The notes under the pieces were generated by a model, which made no database searches, was not told where the DNA came from, and worked only from the letters and a program-made list of their open reading frames with translations. Source: a virus (lineage: Duplodnaviria > Heunggongvirae > Uroviricota > Caudoviricetes). From it: DNA of 64,000 bases. A program made the translations under genes and the position numbers. This document shows, in pieces, positions 18,927 through 27,950 of the stretch. Within the stretch, counting starts at the first letter, position 1. Each line of letters begins with the position of its first letter. The DNA lies in the IMG/VR virus record IMGVR_UViG_3300025122_006001. The stretch is one strand, 5' to 3'.

Positions 18927-20126
18927 TTATTCATGCTTAATAGTGGGTTCTATTCTTCGTTTCATCTTTCTACGCGCTGATTCTATAAGCCTCATAGTTG
19001 ATGAAGACTGAATGCCATGTGCTCCTCCTCTTTCGACTCCTTTGCCAAATACCTCTCTTTTCTCTTCATCAGATAGTCTCATTTTAGCTAGCTCGGTAGT
19101 CTCAACAGTCTCTACTATAGCTTTCTTCTGAATAAACATGTGATATATAGCAGCACCAGCACCAATCGCCAGTATGCCCAATCCTCCCCAAGCAATATAA
19201 TCAAAATATTTTGTCACAGTAATTGCTACGACTAACACAGCAGCACAGATAGCCATCCCCGTCAGTCCCATTTTAGGGCTGCCAAAAAACATTAGAGCTC
19301 CCGAGACACCGATTCCAATAACAGACAGCACAATAAGATAAGTAAGCATTTTCGCAGTCGCAGAATCTCGTTCTGCAATTGCTTTATCTCTATCTTCCTC
19401 TACCTTTTTAGCATGGGCAACAGCTTTTGAATATTCTTTCTGCATTCCCGATGCCTGCTTTTCAACTTCATCAAGATCAGTTAAAGATTCATCAAGATCT
19501 ACAGAAGCATTATCTAGTTCTTGCACGCTTGTTTCTATATGATCTGTTTTCGCTTCTACCGCTTCGAGTCTAGCAGCCGCATCGTTTAAATATTTTACAG
19601 TTGCAGATATGCTCTTCACCGTAAGCCGCATAGCCTCAGCGATCATAGAAACATCCTCTAGATCTTTAACATTTGCATCTATGTCTTCTGTTGTATTGCG
19701 AATTTCTTCAAAATGAGGGGTCAAATCTTCAGCGACGACAGGAGGAGTGTTGCTCTCGGCAGCAACGATTTCATCTCTAATATCTTTTGTATTCTCTGTG
19801 ATAGACTGCGTAGCTTCTGCAACCCTCTCATCAACAGTATCCACTTCTTTCTCTAGAATTGCTGTATTTTCTACGATTGCCTCTGAAGCAGTTGTCACCT
19901 GCTCCTCAACAACACCAATTTCTTCTTTAATAGTTTTTGTATCTTCTGCAACAGATTCAGAGACATTTGTTATTTTTTCTCGCACTGCTTCTACTCTTGT
20001 ACGAGTCTGCGCTACAGGCTTAGCGACATTAAAGTCTTTTAGATCAATGCGAAGAGGGGCAGACTTACATCCAGCAAACACAAAAATGACAAAAACACCA
20101 CAGTATAAAGATCCTCTTTTTCTCAT
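18927..20126 (-). CDS. lipoprotein with a long coiled-coil and C-terminal transmembrane helices (unimolecular-spanin-like)
   Basis: Signal plus lipobox MRKRGSLYCGVFVIFVFAGC; ~250 aa of heptad-like acidic repeats (VEEQVTTASEAIVENT..); C-terminal hydrophobic helices LTYLIVLSVIGIGVSGALMFF.. and MAICAAVLVVAITV.., ILAIGAGAAIY. Confidence 0.4.
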   Translation of the reverse strand: MRKRGSLYCGVFVIFVFAGCKSAPLRIDLKDFNVAKPVAQTRTRVEAVREKITNVSESVAEDTKTIKEEIGVVEEQVTTASEAIVENTAILEKEVDTVDERVAEATQSITENTKDIRDEIVAAESNTPPVVAEDLTPHFEEIRNTTEDIDANVKDLEDVSMIAEAMRLTVKSISATVKYLNDAAARLEAVEAKTDHIETSVQELDNASVDLDESLTDLDEVEKQASGMQKEYSKAVAHAKKVEEDRDKAIAERDSATAKMLTYLIVLSVIGIGVSGALMFFGSPKMGLTGMAICAAVLVVAITVTKYFDYIAWGGLGILAIGAGAAIYHMFIQKKAIVETVETTELAKMRLSDEEKREVFGKGVERGGAHGIQSSSTMRLIESARRKMKRRIEPTIKHE

Positions 20127-20158
20127 AATATTATTTTCAATCTTTATTTACAAATCCC

Positions 20159-20506
20159 CTACTCTTTGTGATCTAACGCATTAAGAGCTTGAATTATTGT
20201 CCAGGTAAACCCCACAGTAGCAAAACCTGACAAAGGCCAGAAAAAATAGCCTGTTGTTATTAAAAGACACAAATCAACAATTAAAGCTGCCCAGAAAGAA
20301 AAGCACACTGTACAATCAAAAACTTGTGCTGCTTTCCAATGAATATAATTATGGACAATAAATTTAAGAAAAAGATTTATTCGCCTTACAGGCCATTTAT
20401 CTGATAATTCCACCAATAATATAGCGAGTCCAAAAGACGCTAAGAGTGAAATAAAAAACATTATCTTTTCTTTTTCAGATTTGGCTGCCCAGTAACAACT
20501 TCCCAT
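20159..20506 (-). CDS. small 3-TM membrane protein (holin candidate)
   Basis: Three hydrophobic helices, 115 aa, lying between the spanin-like gene and the endolysin. Confidence 0.3.
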   Translation of the reverse strand: MGSCYWAAKSEKEKIMFFISLLASFGLAILLVELSDKWPVRRINLFLKFIVHNYIHWKAAQVFDCTVCFSFWAALIVDLCLLITTGYFFWPLSGFATVGFTWTIIQALNALDHKE

Positions 20507-20772
20507 TTAGTGAGTTTTTCTTTTGGCGGATGATCTTTTTGCCATTTTAATTTAGCATATCTTGTCATAGAAAGGTATAAGCGAGTTATCTGTTCTTTTG
20601 AATCATTATTTAACGGACAATGTTCAAACCAACCCCACTCCTTTAAATCTTTATATATTTTAGCCTCTTCCTCATTTAAAGCCTTAGTGGGATCAGCAGA
20701 TGCTACACACATGCGATGATAAACTCCCTCTGCTTTGTCATCCGCTATTTTTTTAATCTCCAGGTCTATCAT
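20461..20772 (-). CDS. hypothetical protein (103 aa)
   Basis: ORF track entry; charged, no motif. Confidence 0.3.
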   Translation of the reverse strand: MIDLEIKKIADDKAEGVYHRMCVASADPTKALNEEEAKIYKDLKEWGWFEHCPLNNDSKEQITRLYLSMTRYAKLKWQKDHPPKEKLTKWEVVTGQPNLKKKR

Positions 20773-20790
20773 GAGGTTCCTTATATTAAC

Positions 20791-21348
20791 ATGAAAACAA
20801 CTTCTATAGAATCAATTTTAGTGGCCATCGCGAGCATAAGCGTCGTTATCGCTACTATTATATTTGAAAAACAAGTAGAACAAACTCCTTCTCCTTCTAA
20901 TCATTTCGTCGCAAGAGTTATTTTTTCTGAAGCTGCGCATCAGTGTTCAAATCATGAAAGAAAATTAATTGCCTCTGTAATAAAAAACAGAATAAATCAC
21001 GAAGGCTTTGGAAAACTACAATCCTTAGAAAGGGTAGCAAGGCAGAAAAACGCTTTTTCGTGTATTAATGATCCTAATAATAGCAACTGGAAACTCACAA
21101 AAAATCATCAAGATATTGACTCTCGGCACATTTGGCAACAATGCCTCAAATTATCTTCTGGCGATTTTAATCCGATTATAGGAAGGTCTGGTCGTCCAAT
21201 TGTATATTTTCATGATAAATCGATTAGCAAACCAGCAAGCTGGAACAATAAATGGTGGACGGCACACAAAGAACTAGAAACAGAGCATTTTATATTCTAT
21301 AGTGTCACCAAAACGCATCAGAACAGCCCTAAAACCCAAGGCGCATAA
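20791..21348 (+). CDS. SleB-like cell-wall hydrolase (endolysin candidate) with an N-terminal signal-anchor
   Basis: MKTTSIESILVAIASISVVIATIIF (TM/SAR-like), then VARVIFSEAAHQCSNHERKLIASVIKNRINHEGFG, the Hydrolase_2/SleB signature. Start trimmed from 20716 to the Met at 20791. Confidence 0.6.
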   Translation: MKTTSIESILVAIASISVVIATIIFEKQVEQTPSPSNHFVARVIFSEAAHQCSNHERKLIASVIKNRINHEGFGKLQSLERVARQKNAFSCINDPNNSNWKLTKNHQDIDSRHIWQQCLKLSSGDFNPIIGRSGRPIVYFHDKSISKPASWNNKWWTAHKELETEHFIFYSVTKTHQNSPKTQGA

Positions 21349-21645
21349 AAGAGTGCCGCTTGGTGTTCTAAAAGCCAGGCGTGACACATGCAGGCAATGT
21401 AAATTTTGTACAAAAAGCACATCATTAAAATTCAGATTATTTAAAGGTCTTTGTAATACCAGCAAATGCATCAAAGTAGATAAAGTCATCTCACTTATTA
21501 CAGAAGACGCTACATTTAGCTGTCCTGAAAACTTATTTAGTTCACACCAACATCCAAGCCAGTGCTAAAAAGCATTTTCTTGCGTCTAGCTACTGGTTTC
21601 TTTTTGTCCTCCAGTAGAGCATTAGTAACTTGTCTGCGTTGGCGC

Positions 21646-21933
21646 CTAATCTTTTCTCTCTTCTGGTGCTTCCGTTTCGCCATTTTTTTTGTCTTGTTCA
21701 TGATCTATATTATCGATAATTTCCCTTGCTTCTCTTCTCCATTCTTCGACCCATTGTTTATAATTCTTTCTTCTGGAATCTGAAACCTCACTGGTATCTA
21801 CGGGAGCATCGGGCATATCGAGAAGCAGCCACTCAATGGAAAGCGGATGAATAACAATTTTTGTTCCTTTATCAGTTATCTTGCCAGCAACAGGAGAAAA
21901 ACACTTTCCTACTTTCTCCGGATCATGAATCAA
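21646..21933 (-). CDS. hypothetical protein (95 aa)
   Basis: ORF track entry. Confidence 0.3.
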   Translation of the reverse strand: MIHDPEKVGKCFSPVAGKITDKGTKIVIHPLSIEWLLLDMPDAPVDTSEVSDSRRKNYKQWVEEWRREAREIIDNIDHEQDKKNGETEAPEERKD

Positions 21934-21990
21934 TCTCTCTAAAGCACCGTCCCAATATGCTGGGTCAGCATAAACAGTATAGATGTCTTT

Positions 21991-22038
21991 ATAGGAGAGT
22001 GCCAGAAAACCCCTGGGGGTTTTCTGGCACTCTCCTAT
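21991..22038. repeat. perfect inverted repeat: 23-bp arms, 2-nt spacer
   Basis: ataggagagtgccagaaaacccc tg ggggttttctggcactctcctat. Confidence 0.9.
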
Positions 22039-22039
22039 A

Positions 22040-22495
22040 AATCGGATTGATTGATATGACTCTGGTCAATGCCAGATTGGTCAAGAAATGCTTTCAGCAT
22101 ATCAGACATAATCGCTCTGCTACACTGCCATCTTCGATAGCGGCCACGTCGAGATCCTTGGTGGCCTCTTGATACACTTCTTCAAGTATCTCGCTTGGCT
22201 TAGCCATAAAAAGCCGTCCGCTTAAAAGAGAGTTTGTGTACCTGTCTGTATCAGACGCGGATCGTAATTACTCCAAAGCACTTCAGTGCGTTTCCCTCGC
22301 CAAGGCGGGCGTCAAGTTGGTTACGACGACCGCCATCTGGCTCATTTCAATGATTGCTACCAGTCCGCGTGCAACAAAGGCGGCGTCACTGAACGTAAGA
22401 CATATCATGATAGGATTCAAAGACTACAGCCTGAATCCTTCGTCTCTTGGCTTGTTCTTTGCTTGCGTCTTGCTCTCCCAATTAGCAGCGCACTA
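22040..22495. other. GC-rich (~55%) island with no convincing ORF
   Basis: Composition contrasts with the ~39% surroundings. Only 36-47 aa minus-strand ORFs (MAKPSEILEEVYQEATKDLDVAAIEDG.., MICLTFSDAAFVARGL..). Plus-strand track ORFs 22236..22579 are not protein-like. Confidence 0.4.
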
Positions 22496-23308
22496 CTAAT
22501 TAAGTCGATACGTTTTTACATTCCTCGTAGGACGAAAAGACCCAGTATTCTTATCAATATATTTTTCCTTCTTCTGTAGACATGGACGAATGAAGAAAAA
22601 TAAAACATCTCTAGGATTTTTACATCCCGGCTTAGGAATGGTAGCACGATGATAAATATTTGGAGTAATCAATGCATATGTACCAGCAGGACCAGTTACA
22701 TTAAGGATTTTCCCTCCTTCTTCAACCGCTTCCAAAATAACATGCTGAGGAATACGAGAAGCATCGTAAACCTGTGATTTCTGAGACCTCCCTCCCTTAG
22801 CAGTACTTAACCTGTACGTAGGAATAACAGGAAAATTCCCATCCTTATCTATCAATATACGAAAACATCCGCTATCTTCATCAACATCATTAAGATAAAT
22901 CATCAATTTAAGAAATTCTTTGGGACAATCATCATAATGCCACAACCATGATGCAGTCGGCTCGTCGTTACCCGGAATACTACGATAGATGTGAACAAAA
23001 TCTACAGATGCGTAACAACCAAAAACCTTCTGCTCAACTTGCGGCAATAACATTTGAGCTAGTGCCGATACCTCTGTAATGTCTTGCCATTCATTTAATC
23101 GAATAGCATGAGGATCACAATAGCAACCTCTCTCTTTGTCTATTTTTTCAGATACTTTCGTATGAATGCCTTGAATTAACTTATGATATTGCTCGTTTGT
23201 GTCAAATAATTCAGTGTCTACTATCAAATCATACAGACATGAATATTTAGTGGGAGAAAAGCCACCTATATCACAACATTTTTTATAATGCTCGGCATAT
23301 GTTGTCAT
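22496..23308 (-). CDS. 2OG-Fe(II) oxygenase, phytanoyl-CoA dioxygenase (PhyH)-like
   Basis: WLWHYDDCP (HxD) and a downstream IYHRATIP His; 270 aa. Confidence 0.45.
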   Translation of the reverse strand: MTTYAEHYKKCCDIGGFSPTKYSCLYDLIVDTELFDTNEQYHKLIQGIHTKVSEKIDKERGCYCDPHAIRLNEWQDITEVSALAQMLLPQVEQKVFGCYASVDFVHIYRSIPGNDEPTASWLWHYDDCPKEFLKLMIYLNDVDEDSGCFRILIDKDGNFPVIPTYRLSTAKGGRSQKSQVYDASRIPQHVILEAVEEGGKILNVTGPAGTYALITPNIYHRATIPKPGCKNPRDVLFFFIRPCLQKKEKYIDKNTGSFRPTRNVKTYRLN

Positions 23309-23488
23309 CCTTAAATTCTCCTCATTTTAAAACCAAAATGTCTTTCTATTATTTCGGCACAACTACAAGGAAACCTTTAGGAATTTTGAAATTACCCGCC
23401 TGAGCCCCTGAAATTAAATATACACTGTCTACAGAAGCATTTATAAAACAAATTAAAAGGATCTATATACACACAATCGCTAATACTA

Positions 23489-23935
23489 TTAATCAAGATG
23501 TGATTCTTGCTTAGATTTCTCCTTAACATAATCTAGTCCCGGCGAACTATAACCGGGATGTATTCGTTCCCAAATCGACAGTCTTCTCTGTTCCCAGTTT
23601 TGCCCAGGCAATATTTTTTTCAATGTATCACCACGCTTATACCATTTATACCATGTGCAATTTCCACAATCAGTCCCAGTCTTTCTTTCAATAGATAAAA
23701 TATAAGATATTATTTCATCGTCAGTCGAATCAGAATCAACAATTCCCGTATCCTTCGCGTGCTCACCAAATATCTGAAAACCAATTAAATCCTTTTTGAA
23801 TTTATCAACAAATTCGAATTTTTCATTGCTCCAGTCATATTCATCATTAGTGTTCTCCCAATGGGTGATAACACCTTCCAGTACTCGCACCTGCATCTCA
23901 TTCAGCGTAACTACAAAACCATTTTCATCATCCAT
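23489..23935 (-). CDS. hypothetical protein (148 aa)
   Basis: ORF track entry. Confidence 0.35.
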   Translation of the reverse strand: MDDENGFVVTLNEMQVRVLEGVITHWENTNDEYDWSNEKFEFVDKFKKDLIGFQIFGEHAKDTGIVDSDSTDDEIISYILSIERKTGTDCGNCTWYKWYKRGDTLKKILPGQNWEQRRLSIWERIHPGYSSPGLDYVKEKSKQESHLD

Positions 23936-23941
23936 ATGAGT

Positions 23942-24262
23942 TCATCCTTTGTCTATGGGTTTAAATCCTTTATCTTCTATTTCAAACCAATACTGATACA
24001 TTTCCTCTAAAAACACGGGATGCAATCGAGCACCCGATGCATCTCCAATCACAGCATCTATTCCACATAACGGGCAAAGAGCAGTATTTCCTTGTTTTTG
24101 TCCAAAAACTGGTTTTCTGTCTATCCACTGCATTACATCGACAGCAGGAAACGTTTCCTGGCAATAAAAACAACCACACCAGTTACTGACCTCTATTTCT
24201 GCTCGATTGTTACTGGAGTGTTTATGTGCATCATTTAAACTTTCCAATTTTTTATTATCCAT
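23942..24262 (-). CDS. hypothetical Cys-rich (Zn-binding?) protein (106 aa)
   Basis: WCGCFYCQ..CPLCG motifs. Confidence 0.35.
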   Translation of the reverse strand: MDNKKLESLNDAHKHSSNNRAEIEVSNWCGCFYCQETFPAVDVMQWIDRKPVFGQKQGNTALCPLCGIDAVIGDASGARLHPVFLEEMYQYWFEIEDKGFKPIDKG

Positions 24263-24265
24263 TAA

Positions 24266-24339
24266 CGCCCGCGCCTGGATTCGAACCAGGAACCTGTTGT
24301 TTTAGAAACAATTGCTCTTCCTGTTAGAGCTATGCGGGC
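24266..24339 (-). tRNA. tRNA with CUA anticodon (amber suppressor, tRNA-Sup-CUA)
   Basis: Minus strand reads GCCCGCA TA GCTC TAACAGGAA GAGC A ATTGT TTCTAAA ACAAC AGGTT CCTGG TTCGAAT CCAGG CGCGGGC G. Perfect D and T arms. Anticodon loop UU-CUA-AA has U33 and A37. 74 nt. Confidence 0.7.
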
Positions 24340-24344
24340 ACACT

Positions 24345-24866
24345 TCAAACAACGAATTTATAAGAATTTTCAAATATTTTCTTTGCTACTATCCACACGT
24401 CGGTTAATTTTTCAGGGTTTTGACAAATCGTGTCCCCCTCCTTCCCATATTGCCTAAAAGTTCCATCAGACTGTTTTTCTCCCCATTCTCCAATAATAGC
24501 AAACTTGCCATCTGAGCAAAAAGACCCGGAAACTGATCCCGCTAGCACTTCTCGATCTGGCTTAGGTTCACAATGCAGCCACCCGCCACTGTTAATGCTC
24601 ACAATATTATATTTCTTTAATAGCCCATCACAACCTTGTTGCCAGGTTTCTCCCGATATTCCAATACAAACCATGCCATGAGGCCGAAGATCTTGCGGCC
24701 CTTCTAACGTTTGAAGGGTTAAGCCAGAAAGCACACGACTTTCAGGCACAATGCTGCTCACATGTTTAGCCTGCAATCCCTTCGTCTTCTTAGCTCTCTT
24801 CATGTCTATCATTCTGGGCTCAATAACAGGTGTAATACCTTGTTTTCCCACTACGTCAGTTGCCAT
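24345..24866 (-). CDS. hypothetical protein (173 aa)
   Basis: ORF track entry. Confidence 0.35.
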   Translation of the reverse strand: MATDVVGKQGITPVIEPRMIDMKRAKKTKGLQAKHVSSIVPESRVLSGLTLQTLEGPQDLRPHGMVCIGISGETWQQGCDGLLKKYNIVSINSGGWLHCEPKPDREVLAGSVSGSFCSDGKFAIIGEWGEKQSDGTFRQYGKEGDTICQNPEKLTDVWIVAKKIFENSYKFVV

Positions 24867-25080
24867 TACTACATCCTTTTTCTGTTTGACCCATCATTCG
24901 CCCCCTAAGTAGAACACCTGCCTGGTAAAAGGGCTGACCATTACAATCTTTGTGAATTCGTTTGAACCTCCTTTTTGCTCCCTCTGGGGTCTTAATTCTA
25001 CCTTCTACATATACAACTAAATTACACTTGTCGCAAATATATCTAGGGCGCGTAAAATCTCCTTTCGTTGTTAATCCCAT
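24856..25080 (-). CDS. small Cys-containing protein (74 aa)
   Basis: CDKC..C motifs; overlapping start and stop with its neighbours. Confidence 0.3.
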   Translation of the reverse strand: MGLTTKGDFTRPRYICDKCNLVVYVEGRIKTPEGAKRRFKRIHKDCNGQPFYQAGVLLRGRMMGQTEKGCSNGN

Positions 25081-25280
25081 TTAGTATCATCTCCAGACGC
25101 ATACTCAAAATCACTAATAGGAATTAATGTGCCTCCTTTGCCACAATCGGGACACGTTCCGCCCATAACAGTAATTCCCGTCATCTTCTTAGAATCAGCA
25201 TTAGGATATGCTTTCTTGCCACACTCTGCGCAAGTATGCCAACTTTTTAACTCGATCTCTGGGTTGATTCTGGGCACCAA
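25071..25280 (-). CDS. small Zn-ribbon protein (69 aa)
   Basis: CAECG..CPDCG. Confidence 0.3.
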   Translation of the reverse strand: MVPRINPEIELKSWHTCAECGKKAYPNADSKKMTGITVMGGTCPDCGKGGTLIPISDFEYASGDDTKWD

Positions 25281-25289
25281 TCAGACTCC

Positions 25290-25664
25290 TTATTTTGTGG
25301 CAACACGAACGGCATGAAAATACCTTATGAGTTTTCTGAAGGATACCACGAAAAATCTGGCTTGATTCTTTTTGCCATCTGGATCAGCATTTGATGGAGT
25401 CAAGGCGTCTATTTGCTTTTGCAACTTAAGATCTTCTTTAGCTTTATTTAACAAGATAGTGACGACTTCTAAAGAATCGAGTGCTTCATCACAAGGATGA
25501 CACTCCACACAATGCCAGTGTTCAAACCATCCTCGGTATTTCGTATTTAAACGATGCCATTCATAACATCTGTGTTTGTAATGTAACCAAGAACAAACCA
25601 GCCATTTCCACCAAAATCGTTTAATGACACCGGCACGACTAAAATAGGACTCATGTGATTGCAT
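25290..25664 (-). CDS. Cys/His-rich hypothetical protein (124 aa)
   Basis: HWHCVECHPCDE cluster. Confidence 0.3.
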   Translation of the reverse strand: MQSHESYFSRAGVIKRFWWKWLVCSWLHYKHRCYEWHRLNTKYRGWFEHWHCVECHPCDEALDSLEVVTILLNKAKEDLKLQKQIDALTPSNADPDGKKNQARFFVVSFRKLIRYFHAVRVATK

Positions 25665-25677
25665 TTTATTTCCTATT

Positions 25678-25896
25678 TCATAAAGGCGGTCTCACAGGAT
25701 CGGTCATATCGGGTTGCAATTGAAGCTTCATCCTTTGTTTCCGCCACTTGTTTTGAGGCTCTGAAAGAACAGCAATTCCATCTTCAACGCCATGCAAAAT
25801 TGCACCAATTGCAACATAGTCGGTTTGACCTTGAAGTAGTTTTAATAATTCTTTAGACTCCCGCATATATGATGTATGGCATGGCTCGTGATACAT
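25678..25896 (-). CDS. hypothetical small protein
   Basis: Track ORF 25678..26007 trimmed to an internal Met, because the longer form overlaps the tRNA at 25942..26027. Confidence 0.3.
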   Translation of the reverse strand: MYHEPCHTSYMRESKELLKLLQGQTDYVAIGAILHGVEDGIAVLSEPQNKWRKQRMKLQLQPDMTDPVRPPL

Positions 25897-25941
25897 AAGC
25901 ACAACATCTCTTGCCTTTAATCGTATTTCTTTAGCTAATTT

Positions 25942-26027
25942 TTTATTCATAAGGCGGGTAACGGAGTCGAACCGTTGGCACTTCATCAGCGCCAGGAGGG
26001 TTTTCAAGACCCATTGTTGCCACCAAC
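25942..26027 (-). tRNA. tRNA-Ser (UGA), class II with a long variable arm
   Basis: Acceptor GGCGGGT/ACCCGCC perfect; T arm AACGG TTCGACT CCGTT; long variable hairpin; anticodon loop C-U-UGA-A-A. D arm non-canonical. Confidence 0.6.
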
Positions 26028-26050
26028 CCTACCCGCCAATATATTAATTT

Positions 26051-26811
26051 TCAATAGCAAAGAGGCAATTCTCCTTTTCTAACTATCTCTATGTGCTGAC
26101 GCCCTTTAGTAATTTTTTCTGGAGAAATTTCTGGGCGTATCCATTTTCTATCAAGATTTCTTGTTCTATCTGAGAGCTTCCTGGGATAGTCGAAAAATCC
26201 CGTAAAAAACCTATGCGTATCGCTAAATTCTCTAAAAAACTCGATCCAATCTTCCTTTGAGCCTCCTAGCCCAACGTGTAATTCCATACAAACGCGGACA
26301 GCATTCTTCAATGTATTAAGGCACTCATCTTTTTGCTGGAGAATAAATCTTTCGCCTCCCTCGTAATCTATTTTAATTGCATATGGTTCACTAACATCAA
26401 TTTCACAATACTCAAATAATTGTTTAAATGTTTTGCTTTCAACGACATATTGATCTTCTTCAAGCAACTTCCATTTTTCTCTTTCTGCCTCAGTTAAAAA
26501 TTTGCATTCCCCTCCTGCCCGCCTTCTGCCAGATACCCGATTCCTCACAATATAAAGCGGGCTTCCATCTCCTAGTGCCAAATTGTAAACATGGGCAGTA
26601 TTTTTCCCCATGCAAGAAGGTTTTGCTTTAATGCATTAAATACTTCGACATTAGGCTCTATGGAAACTATTCTACATCGGTGCAACAATATTCTCGCCGC
26701 CATCGAAATAGAGCCAATATTTGATCCTATATCAACGAAAGTATGAACGTGGTATTTTGCGAGGTCTTTTAAATTATAGGTATCGAAGAACCAATTTTGA
26801 CCGCCCATCAT
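26051..26811 (-). pseudogene. FkbM-family SAM methyltransferase split by a -1 frame change (or a programmed -1 frameshift) at G GGA AAA
   Basis: ORF 26572..26811 carries motif I FVDIGSNIGSIS..SIEPNVEVFNALKQNLLAWGK; ORF 26051..26611 continues NTAHVYNLALGDGS.. in the -1 frame. The junction is the minus-strand GGGGAAAAA run (plus 26600..26608). Confidence 0.55.
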
Positions 26812-27503
26812 TCTCCCTCTAATTCAGCCCCAGCCATAAAAGCATTAAATACATCCCTTCCTATTTGAAAATCCAAACAATGGTTATCCTCCGATAAGAC
26901 ATAAATCGTCATTTCTTCTTCGAGAGATCGCAAAGCAATACAAGTGGTTCTATATTCCAATCTCATATGCCGAATAAATGACATTGCTTTATCTATGCTG
27001 TTTGTTTCTCCGAGACAATATAAAGAAGATTTATATATAGAAGATAGAACGATCGATTTCACCCCACCTTGCCCAAGCAACCCAAGCAACCCTAAAACCT
27101 TATTTCTAATATCATCTAATTTATATCCTAAGTTCATCAGAATTTGAGCACCAACACCCTGGTGCTCTCTCAACACACCAAGCAACAAATGTTCTGTTCC
27201 AACATAATCATGACCTAAATTTCTAGCTTCTTCAATAGCATATTCCATCACTCTCTTAGCTCTATGCCCCAGGGACAGATTAGAGAGACACACCTTCCCT
27301 CTTACGAGTTTTTTAGACTCTCTCCGTATTGCCGAAAGAGTTACATCGCAAAGGTCTAAAGACGCATGTCCTATCCCATCTCCTTCTTTTATCAATCCCA
27401 CCAAAATATGCTCAGTGCCAACGCATTCACACTTAAACTCTTTTGCTTCTTGATTGGCAAAAGCCATAACCCTACGAGCTCGATCAGTAAATCTCTTAAA
27501 CAT
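26808..27503 (-). CDS. Clp amino-terminal (Clp_N) repeat-domain protein
   Basis: Two Clp_N repeats: FTDRARRVMAFANQEAKEF..GTEHILVGLIKE and AKRVMEYAIEEARNLGHDYVGTEHLLLGVLRE; no AAA+ module follows. Confidence 0.55.
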   Translation of the reverse strand: MFKRFTDRARRVMAFANQEAKEFKCECVGTEHILVGLIKEGDGIGHASLDLCDVTLSAIRRESKKLVRGKVCLSNLSLGHRAKRVMEYAIEEARNLGHDYVGTEHLLLGVLREHQGVGAQILMNLGYKLDDIRNKVLGLLGLLGQGGVKSIVLSSIYKSSLYCLGETNSIDKAMSFIRHMRLEYRTTCIALRSLEEEMTIYVLSEDNHCLDFQIGRDVFNAFMAGAELEGE

Positions 27504-27507
27504 GTTG

Positions 27508-27765
27508 CTACCTCTTAAGATGAGAAAATGGTGCAGAATAACACATAGGACATTTTGTTACAATTATCGCCATTCTCGGTAAGTGAAAGATATCTTTACA
27601 GCCTGGATACCGATGAACATACACTGTTATACCTCTACCGTCCATATCGACAATACTGTCAAAATGATTTAAAGACTGAATATGATCAGAAAAATCAAAT
27701 GATTGTATTGGTTCAGGAACAAACCACTTCTTTCCGCCAAATGCATTTCTACCGATTCTTGTCAT
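27508..27765 (-). CDS. hypothetical protein (85 aa)
   Basis: ORF track entry. Confidence 0.3.
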   Translation of the reverse strand: MTRIGRNAFGGKKWFVPEPIQSFDFSDHIQSLNHFDSIVDMDGRGITVYVHRYPGCKDIFHLPRMAIIVTKCPMCYSAPFSHLKR

Positions 27766-27950
27766 AATAATTCAAACCCAATCAGAATTTTGTTTTCTTC
27801 TCTGGACATGACATTCACTGTCATCGACTAAAATCCTTGGAGAAGAAACACCAATAATTTAATTATACGAGCAAGAGCGCCAGGAAGCCAACGATTCGTA
27901 TGGTATTCAACTAATGTTCCATCTATATCAAAAAAATATGCTGCCACTGT

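Noticed and set aside
22236-22579. Plus-strand ORFs inside the GC-rich island
   Set aside because: They overlap each other in different frames and have non-protein-like composition, so they are treated as non-coding.
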